Below the pieces are notes generated by a model, which had not been told where the DNA came from, did not search any database, and saw nothing but the letters and a program-made list of their open reading frames with translations. From an uncultured virus (IMG/VR IMGVR_UViG_3300021425_003921) (lineage: Duplodnaviria > Heunggongvirae > Uroviricota > Caudoviricetes), in the IMG/VR virus record IMGVR_UViG_3300021425_003921: a stretch of 64,000 nt of DNA. One strand, given 5' to 3'. A program made the translations under genes and the position numbers. This document shows positions 57,319 through 64,000 of this stretch, piece by piece (position 1 is the first letter of the stretch; each line of letters opens with the position of its first letter).

Positions 57319-57658
57319 GTGCTTTCACCTCGAATAAATATGCAGTCGTAAGATAACGATCTCCTTTTTTGCCTCGGTAGCGTTGAAAACTAAGAATTTG
57401 TTCTCTTGGGTCACCACCATCATAAAGAAACTTTTGCAAAAAGGAATCGGTCAATTCATTTAGGTAGGTCTTTACTTTAACCATGTCATAATCTTCAGGA
57501 AGTGAAAATTGCTCTATTTGCCAAGCCACAAAATCATCAGCGTGTTTTTGGGTTAAAATAACTCGAAGATTCAAAATTGGACCTTCATATTGATTTTGAC
57601 CAATATCTACCCATAACCAATATCGATCGGGTTGTCGTAGCCAATTAATTAGATTCAT
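57308..57658 (-). CDS. Hypothetical protein, EIINWLR N-terminal family
   Basis: Begins MNLINWLRQ; ATGA overlap. Confidence 0.75.
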   Translation of the reverse strand: MNLINWLRQPDRYWLWVDIGQNQYEGPILNLRVILTQKHADDFVAWQIEQFSLPEDYDMVKVKTYLNELTDSFLQKFLYDGGDPREQILSFQRYRGKKGDRYLTTAYLFEVKAHDY

Positions 57659-58074
57659 GATTTGACAACTCCGGTATTAAAAGCAAAATATTGGTCATCA
57701 GAACAAACAAAACTAATTTGTTCAGTTTCTCCTAATAAAATTTGTTGAAATAGTTTTTCTAAAATGGTTTGAACCTCTCCTGTTGTGGAAAGATAATTTT
57801 GTTCATCCGAATCCATATTTTGATATGTTTCTGCCCACAAAGGACTGCGAGCATCAATTTGTGGCCTCCATTTTAATTCTAATATTCTACAATCACCGGT
57901 ATTCCAATAATCGATAAGATATGACCAATTCGATAAAACTTTTTGATAAACTTCTCGTGAATAAAATTTAACGGTCAAATCTTGGTCATAAGATCCGTAA
58001 GAAGCCGTAAAAAAGGTTTCAGATTGACGGTGGCGAGATGGAGAATCTCGAATCCAATTAATGATTTCAGACAT
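57655..58074 (-). CDS. Hypothetical protein, EIINWLR N-terminal family
   Basis: TAATG coupling gives start MSEIINWIRD at 58074. Confidence 0.75.
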   Translation of the reverse strand: MSEIINWIRDSPSRHRQSETFFTASYGSYDQDLTVKFYSREVYQKVLSNWSYLIDYWNTGDCRILELKWRPQIDARSPLWAETYQNMDSDEQNYLSTTGEVQTILEKLFQQILLGETEQISFVCSDDQYFAFNTGVVKS

Positions 58075-58472
58075 TAGTTCCAACTCCCAATAGTATTGGT
58101 TGAATCAAGACGATAAGTAGCATATTTCAAATCGTCAATATCATCGCCTGAACTCATACTAATATTTACAATATCAAAATTCTCTTGGGCTAAAAGAGTA
58201 TCTCGCAAGGCAAAAACATAACTATAATCCTCATGATAAGAGTCTCTGCCTGTTCCAATCCTTATAGAAAGATGTTCAGTGTGGCCGTCAAGAAGATAAT
58301 CGTTATCTACCTCAAAAAAATCCATAACTTTTTCAATAAGACTTTTCCAAGTGTCTTGGACATTTGTAACTTGAACTAATGAAACCGTGAGATCTTGATT
58401 CCCAGCATCATAATTAGAAGAAGTCAATATCCAAATAGGTTTTCGGTCATGGAGCCAATTAATGATTTCCAT
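58074..58472 (-). CDS. Hypothetical protein, EIINWLR N-terminal family
   Basis: TATA variant at 58494 gives start MEIINWLHD at 58472. Confidence 0.75.
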   Translation of the reverse strand: MEIINWLHDRKPIWILTSSNYDAGNQDLTVSLVQVTNVQDTWKSLIEKVMDFFEVDNDYLLDGHTEHLSIRIGTGRDSYHEDYSYVFALRDTLLAQENFDIVNISMSSGDDIDDLKYATYRLDSTNTIGSWN

Positions 58473-58506
58473 AAGTGTATCTATGATACACAACTACTTA
58501 TAGTTT

Positions 58507-59658
58507 TCACTCGTAATTACGAATCGTTAATCCCACAGGGAATCGAGGAATTCCTGCAGAAGTGTAGTCTTGGAACTTCACCGTTAATTTTTTGCCCACA
58601 TATTTTTTGCCATCTTTGAGTAATTTGGCTCTCTCGGCACGAGTGCCTTTAGGACGAACCGTAAAGCGTTTCTTGGTTTTGGGAACTTCACAAGTCCAAA
58701 TAACAGTTCCGGCATCATTGCCTTTTCCTTCCTGATAACCTACAATTTTAAATTCGGCATCATCGAATTTTTTATATTTTTGAAGATTATAAGAACGCTT
58801 TCCTTCGTAGGGGCTGGCAACATTTCGAATCATAACTCCTTCGTATCCAGCCTGTAGATTTTTAGTAAGAAGAGTTTCAATATCTTGAAGATTTTTAACT
58901 TGATAAATTGGAACCATAGTTAATCGCTTAGAAGTATCTTTTTTAACCAATTTGGTGGCTTCTGCATATCTCTTAGCAAAGGTTTTTCCGGGGTCTTTGG
59001 TATCGATTAGATCGAAAACATTAAGTTTTACTTTTTTAGAATCGGCCACATCTTGAGGCTTTAATTTTTGCTTTCTTACTAAGCCTACAACTCGTTGAAA
59101 GTTTTCGGCTTGGTCTTTTCCAAGTTCGGTAGAATATAATTCTCCATCCAAAATAATGCCTTCGGGGAGTTTAATCTTTTTAAGAGCATCTCTGATTCCA
59201 GGAAGTTCTGGGAAGGGTTTATTGTTTCGAGACAGTAAAATAACATTACCTTTATGAATTTGAGCCAAACATCGAACACCATCTAATTTGGGTTGGGCAA
59301 TAGCAGGCAATTGAATTTTTTTAGCGTGTTTTTCGTAGTTTTGAGCCAACATGGCTTTAACTCTAATAGATCCGACAGCACCCTTTCCAGAAGTATTGGT
59401 GGTATAACCAGCATCCTTTTTCTTGGTGATTAAAGAATCAAATTGTGATTTGGATTGTTCTGCAAGTGAACGACCGGCTTTGCCTTTAGTGATTACCACT
59501 CCTTTGGTAGTAACCATTTTTCCTCCCTTGACACCGGTAGAAACTTTAATAACATGGTTGGAACCAACTTGTTCAACCCACCCTTTCCAATGACGGATTT
59601 TTCCAGTAGTATCAATTTTATAAAGATTGGTGGGGCCCAAAACAATAATGTTTGCCAT
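58507..59658 (-). CDS. lig: ATP-dependent DNA ligase
   Basis: QPKLDGVR, ILDGELY, VFD, YEGVMIR, LQKYK, PRFP; TATA at 59680 gives start 59658. Confidence 0.93.
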   Translation of the reverse strand: MANIIVLGPTNLYKIDTTGKIRHWKGWVEQVGSNHVIKVSTGVKGGKMVTTKGVVITKGKAGRSLAEQSKSQFDSLITKKKDAGYTTNTSGKGAVGSIRVKAMLAQNYEKHAKKIQLPAIAQPKLDGVRCLAQIHKGNVILLSRNNKPFPELPGIRDALKKIKLPEGIILDGELYSTELGKDQAENFQRVVGLVRKQKLKPQDVADSKKVKLNVFDLIDTKDPGKTFAKRYAEATKLVKKDTSKRLTMVPIYQVKNLQDIETLLTKNLQAGYEGVMIRNVASPYEGKRSYNLQKYKKFDDAEFKIVGYQEGKGNDAGTVIWTCEVPKTKKRFTVRPKGTRAERAKLLKDGKKYVGKKLTVKFQDYTSAGIPRFPVGLTIRNYE

Positions 59659-59690
59659 AATATTTATTAGGGGTATCATCTATATAAAGT

Positions 59691-60026
59691 TTACGGAGTT
59701 TTTCTTTTTAGATCTAATTCACAAACGGTGCAAATTAAACGAGCCTCTGAAGTGTGAGTTCTAATTTTATCCCATGATTGATCTTCTACAGGCATAGGTA
59801 ACACAGATTCATCAAGAGATCTAATTCGTAGATATTGCCAAATAGTTGAATTACAATGTGGACAAGCCCCACCTAAAGCCGAAACTAACCAATCGTGTTT
59901 TTCTTGACGAAGTGATTTTTTATTGGCTTTAGCCCGAGGTTTGATATCTTCAGCATTGGCACGATAATATTTTTTATTATATTGAGCCATATATTGCTTC
60001 TTCTTTTCGGGATTGGAATAGGGCAT
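59691..60026 (-). CDS. Degenerate HNH-like protein (paralog of 55878-56279)
   Basis: Same N-terminus and LGGxCxxC...ICTVC, but catalytic His residues are absent; TATA at 60048. Confidence 0.7.
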   Translation of the reverse strand: MPYSNPEKKKQYMAQYNKKYYRANAEDIKPRAKANKKSLRQEKHDWLVSALGGACPHCNSTIWQYLRIRSLDESVLPMPVEDQSWDKIRTHTSEARLICTVCELDLKRKTP

Positions 60027-60072
60027 AAGATGATTTTATCATCTCGACTATATATATTTTGTCTTCAAGACC

Positions 60073-60387
60073 CTACATCATGTTTTGCAAAAAGGCTAAA
60101 AATCCTGGAACGGCGGCTACTAATAAAGCCCACCAACGATTTAGTTTTCGATCGGCCTCAGCCACCTTTTCTTCGATAACTGCCAACCGGGTAGTTAGCG
60201 GGGGTTGTCCGTTACCATCACGGACGGTTTTCAATAATCCGGAAAGGTCTTCTTTGAGATCTCCAACCGTGTGTTCTAAATTACTAAGAGAATGAGAATA
60301 AGAATCAGAATCGGCAATAAAACCTTGCATCATATCTGCAAAGTCACGAAGGGCTTCTTCAACTCCGATTAAATCATCACGAGGCAT
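60073..60387 (-). CDS. Coiled-coil tail-anchored protein
   Basis: Coiled coil, GNGQP, C-terminal WWALLVAAVPGFLAFL; GGAGTGA SD. Confidence 0.75.
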   Translation of the reverse strand: MPRDDLIGVEEALRDFADMMQGFIADSDSYSHSLSNLEHTVGDLKEDLSGLLKTVRDGNGQPPLTTRLAVIEEKVAEADRKLNRWWALLVAAVPGFLAFLQNMM

Positions 60388-60392
60388 TTAAT

Positions 60393-60539
60393 TCACTCCT
60401 TAAGAAAACGAAGTGATTTAGCAAGTAAAACTTGGGCACAATGATTCAAATGTTGCAATCGATGAGCAACATTATTACAATGAACTTGCGTCATAATGGC
60501 GGAGTGTTCGGCTTTTTGAACTGCTAATTCAAACTCCAT
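60393..60539 (-). CDS. 48-aa hypothetical protein (below ORF-track cutoff)
   Basis: MEFELAVQKAEH...FLKE; TATA at 60561 exactly 22 nt from the ATG. Confidence 0.6.
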   Translation of the reverse strand: MEFELAVQKAEHSAIMTQVHCNNVAHRLQHLNHCAQVLLAKSLRFLKE

Positions 60540-60580
60540 GGACTGATTTTATCAGCCTTGCTATATATAGTTTAGGGTTA

Positions 60581-60835
60581 TTAATAACCATTTCGCTTTA
60601 ATCCCCATAGATTGACTTGATGGCTACGAGTTCGGCTAAGAGAACTGGTATCTACTTTATCTAATAACACAAATTCTGAATTGCCTCGCAAGGCAAAGGT
60701 AATTTCCCGGGGTGTGGGAACATGGCGGCGACCGGAAGTAACAATGGCTTGTCGAATTTGTTCAGCAGTAGCGGGATGTCGAGCCAAAAGGGTTTTGGCA
60801 TGATCGATGATTACTTGTTGTTTTGAGCGGCCCAT
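60581..60835 (-). CDS. Putative small winged-helix protein
   Basis: TAEQIRQAI...PTPREITFALRGNSEF...VNLWGL; resembles the N-terminus of 42093-42530. Confidence 0.55.
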   Translation of the reverse strand: MGRSKQQVIIDHAKTLLARHPATAEQIRQAIVTSGRRHVPTPREITFALRGNSEFVLLDKVDTSSLSRTRSHQVNLWGLKRNGY

Positions 60836-60892
60836 ATAATCCTTTGGGATATACTACTATTTGTAGGTTTCGGTTATACCAAACAAGGCAAT

Positions 60893-62914
60893 TTATTCCT
60901 CAGCAACCAAATCAACCCCATCAGAAGATACGGATACAAAGTCAATATCACAGACATCGTTATCACAGAATCGCTCGGCTACAATTTCTTCACCCTTAAC
61001 ACGACCAAAGTTGAGTTTGCCAAGTCCAGATTTCATGTCGTTGTAAGTAGATAAATCGATAGCCTCATATGGCATTTGTGGGAAAGCCCCGAAGTCAAGT
61101 TTCGGAAGGAAAGAAATTCCTTTTAATTGATATTGGAAAACATCAAGGGCGGAAGCAATTTGCGAACCTTCAGTTTCGGGTTGGAAAGTCACGGTGCAAG
61201 AAACTTGATTATCGGCCCAATAGCGTTGAGCGACGGCAGCCAACGATAATTGTTCCCACATAGAAACTTGGTCTACGGTGCGAACTCCTTCACCAACATC
61301 TACGGGAATTTCGACGACGACGGTATCTTCTTCAGCACCGACACAAGGTTCGACCTTGTATCCGGCCTTAACTAATGAGGGAACCAAATTGGAGATTTTG
61401 CCTAATCGCATTCGACGAATATAATATCGGCTCTCGGGAAAGTGAATTCCGGGGGTTGCACCCGCCAATAATGATACGGTGCCGGACGGCTTAATACTGG
61501 TAGTTTTAATAGATTTAGGAATGGCGAACCAATCAGAATATTCGGTGTCTAATTTTTGAATGTGGTCATATCCCGTATCCATCCAATTAATTAGATTACT
61601 CATTCCTCGATCTGCGAGGAATTGGGCAATTCCAGACATACTACAACCAATTCGTCGGTTGCGTAGCATTACTCGGTTGGTTTCCGGCCAATGGGTTTTA
61701 CCAAGAGTCACAGTTTTGGCATACAGATAAGCGTATTTGAGAGTCTTGAGATAATCTTCGATGGTTTCGTGATTGTTGGGAAAAGTTTCCACAAGGCAAC
61801 ACAATTCATAAGATTCTAAAGTTTGTTCCAAACACGGATTACCGCCTTTGGCTCGGTGGTCTTTGTTATTAATAGGGTCTTTCATTCGGCCATAAGCCTT
61901 CATGTTATCCAACCACGCATAGCCGGGTTCACCATTGAGGTTCACTCTTTCAGCCGTTGGGCCATAATCCATACCTACGGTTGCGAAAACGGAGTTATTA
62001 GAAGTCCATCCGTATTCGGCACGATGGGGATTTACTTCGTAATTTTTAAGGTCAATGTATTCTTCTGAGTCGGCAGGACCAAACACAATTTCGGCGGTGC
62101 GTCGGACATTGCCAGCGACTACACACTTGCCAATCAAATTCATGATATCTACAATAGCAGTTTGACTGATAGGAGATCCGATTTCTTGAGATAGCACGGA
62201 ATCGATTTGAGTGTGAAGATCAATAAGGGGTCGAGGTCCGGAAGATTCGCCTCCAAAACCACGAATGGGTTCTCCAGCCGCTCGAATTTCAGAATAATCA
62301 AAAGTAATTGGGGCGGTGCCGAGGAAATAAGATTCAATTTGCATTCTAACAGAATCTACCCATCCTTCTCGGGTATCGGGAATAACAAATTGTTCGGGGC
62401 GACGAGTAGTTGAGGGGCCTTTGATTAATACCTTTCCAGCACCTTTGACATCGAATCCAACGCCAACACCCAACATAGAAGCATCCATCAGGAAGGTAAA
62501 GGGAGCCGAAAGATCTTCTTTAAGATTTTCGGTGGACACGAAAGCACAGTTATTGAGAGCAGCAAAAAGTCCTTTTTCTTCCGTGATGGGTGTTCCCATG
62601 GCCCAAAGCCCTCTTCCCGGCGGTAAGAATTTCATGTTGAAAATACGGTCATACATTTCTTGAGCAGAATGTTGGGCTTTCCAAGCATTCCAACCTAAGC
62701 CATGTGTTTCAATATGTCGCTTTTGCATATTATAAGTTCCTTCGACAACACGGCGAACAGTTTCCCACCATTGTTCGTTTTTTCCATCGTCCTTAAGGCG
62801 ACTGTAAGTGCGGTTGTAAACCAATTCTCCAAGACCGTTAAATCCGAAAGGAGCCTTTTTGCGACGGTATTTTTCGACGAATGAATCGGTGAGGTAGAAC
62901 TTGTTTTCAGACAT
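60893..62914 (-). CDS. nrdJ: Class II (B12-dependent, monomeric type) ribonucleotide reductase
   Basis: RTYSR, PPGRGLW, LNNCAF, AGNVRRTAE, NPCLEQ, ELCCLVE, IKPSGTVS, C-terminal CDNDVC; TATA at 62937. Confidence 0.95.
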   Translation of the reverse strand: MSENKFYLTDSFVEKYRRKKAPFGFNGLGELVYNRTYSRLKDDGKNEQWWETVRRVVEGTYNMQKRHIETHGLGWNAWKAQHSAQEMYDRIFNMKFLPPGRGLWAMGTPITEEKGLFAALNNCAFVSTENLKEDLSAPFTFLMDASMLGVGVGFDVKGAGKVLIKGPSTTRRPEQFVIPDTREGWVDSVRMQIESYFLGTAPITFDYSEIRAAGEPIRGFGGESSGPRPLIDLHTQIDSVLSQEIGSPISQTAIVDIMNLIGKCVVAGNVRRTAEIVFGPADSEEYIDLKNYEVNPHRAEYGWTSNNSVFATVGMDYGPTAERVNLNGEPGYAWLDNMKAYGRMKDPINNKDHRAKGGNPCLEQTLESYELCCLVETFPNNHETIEDYLKTLKYAYLYAKTVTLGKTHWPETNRVMLRNRRIGCSMSGIAQFLADRGMSNLINWMDTGYDHIQKLDTEYSDWFAIPKSIKTTSIKPSGTVSLLAGATPGIHFPESRYYIRRMRLGKISNLVPSLVKAGYKVEPCVGAEEDTVVVEIPVDVGEGVRTVDQVSMWEQLSLAAVAQRYWADNQVSCTVTFQPETEGSQIASALDVFQYQLKGISFLPKLDFGAFPQMPYEAIDLSTYNDMKSGLGKLNFGRVKGEEIVAERFCDNDVCDIDFVSVSSDGVDLVAEE

Positions 62915-63053
62915 GAAATAAAAGTCTTGCTTCCTCCTATTTATAGTTTGACACGAAGGTTTCTAAACCCTCTTTATTTTTGTTTAGTTTTATTTGGCTT
63001 GATTATAGTTGTTTGGTATTAGGCGGACTCAAGACCCATTTTCTGGAGATACC

Positions 63054-63062
63054 TATAAATAG
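63054..63062 (+). promoter_or_regulatory. TATA box TATAAATAG (divergent from the nrdJ promoter)
   Basis: 23 nt from ATG at 63085. Confidence 0.8.
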
Positions 63063-63084
63063 GTGACAACGGTAAGATGGTGTC

Positions 63085-63273
63085 ATGAAGATTCCAGAAA
63101 TTTTCGTTGCCAAGGTTCGTGATTATCTGTTAAACCGACATAATACTCGATTAAAGGCGGTGTTATTGACTATGATTGAGGAGTTAGAAGCCGAAGACAT
63201 TGATAAAGCCGCTCTTAGAGAAATGTTGGATGAGATTGAAGATGGAAAAATTACGGGTGATTTCGGTGCCTGA
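63085..63273 (+). CDS. Small helical hypothetical protein
   Basis: 62 aa with own TATA box. Confidence 0.75.
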   Translation: MKIPEIFVAKVRDYLLNRHNTRLKAVLLTMIEELEAEDIDKAALREMLDEIEDGKITGDFGA

Positions 63274-63511
63274 TTTAGTTTATAATGCCTTAATCCAACT
63301 AACACGGATTATGTTATACAACTCTTCGGAAAGGTATGTAGACTTATGTATTCAACTGCTTAATGAAAATCAAAATCATCGTCAATATGACGCTTTAGAA
63401 AAAATCTTTAATGATTTTATGCAGTTTTTAGATGAAGAACCCAATGAAGAAGATCGACAACATATGGATGAACATCTTGAAAAAATTCTCAATAATGAAT
63501 TTGATTGGTAA
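63200..63511 (+). CDS. Hypothetical acidic helical protein
   Basis: ORF in the plus-strand unit; true start probably downstream of 63200. Confidence 0.6.
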   Translation: MIKPLLEKCWMRLKMEKLRVISVPDLVYNALIQLTRIMLYNSSERYVDLCIQLLNENQNHRQYDALEKIFNDFMQFLDEEPNEEDRQHMDEHLEKILNNEFDW

Positions 63512-63543
63512 TCTATAAATAGTAGAGGGCATAAAATAATTTT

Positions 63544-63951
63544 ATGATTCTTACTTGGAATCCTGCTTTTAGAATGCTGTTAGAAGCATTCAATGATGGA
63601 AACGAAAGAGTTTGGTTATTATATGGTTTAAATAATGCAAGTTTTTTAGAATCGGATTTTTGGCAAAGAATTAAAAACGCTAATCCTTATTTAGCCTCTT
63701 CGACCATTATAGAAGAGTATGAAAAAATGGAAGACTCTTACGAATTCCCGGGTGGCGATTTAGAAGATTACAAAACAAACTTTAAAAAAATATTAATGAG
63801 TCCTAATTATCGTGAAGCAGAATTTGAGGGTATATGGGATGAAAGAGAAGAATGTTGGTATATCAACAATAATTGGTATTTGGCTCCTTTTGTTTTGACC
63901 CCCAAATATTTATTACAACAATCTATTAATTATAATAAATTAAAGTTGTGA
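63544..63951 (+). CDS. Hypothetical protein
   Basis: TATAAATAG at 63514-63522, 22 nt from ATG. Confidence 0.75.
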   Translation: MILTWNPAFRMLLEAFNDGNERVWLLYGLNNASFLESDFWQRIKNANPYLASSTIIEEYEKMEDSYEFPGGDLEDYKTNFKKILMSPNYREAEFEGIWDEREECWYINNNWYLAPFVLTPKYLLQQSINYNKLKL

Positions 63952-64000
63952 TGCGGGGAAAATAGTGTAAATGTTTTCCCATTGACCTTCGCCCTGATTT

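Overview
Gene-dense segment of what is most likely a large, uncharacterised archaeal virus or virus-like element. The host is probably a marine euryarchaeon such as Poseidoniales/MGII, which is an inference. About 80 ORFs lie on the minus strand from 1 to 62914, and the strand switches to plus at about 63 kb. Roughly 40 transcription units start with a strict TATAWATAG box whose final G is 22-23 nt from a leaderless ATG, often with an inverted repeat in between. Internal genes use GGAGGTGA/GGTGA-type SD sites. Recognisable enzymes are an AAA+ ATPase, two GT2 glycosyltransferases, a membrane-anchored HerA/FtsK-type ATPase, a vWA + HExxH peptidase + MoxR-like AAA+ cluster, a pyruvyl-transferase-like protein, a minimal AEP-like protein, an ArsA/Get3 ATPase, HesB/IscA, HNH proteins, an ATP-dependent DNA ligase and a class II ribonucleotide reductase. 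No terminase, portal, tail or HK97 capsid gene was recognised. The most striking unexplained signals are: (i) a pervasive [FYLMKRH]-x-[AS]-[EDQ] motif that marks domain boundaries in about 30 putative virion proteins and may be a polyprotein/maturation cleavage site; (ii) a Get3-like ATPase co-encoded with about 10 tail-anchored proteins; (iii) two tandem paralogous candidate capsid proteins plus a third copy split over two genes around a ~950-aa unrelated region; (iv) a canonical K-turn hairpin directly downstream of the candidate capsid genes. All annotations were made by eye, and no database searches were run.
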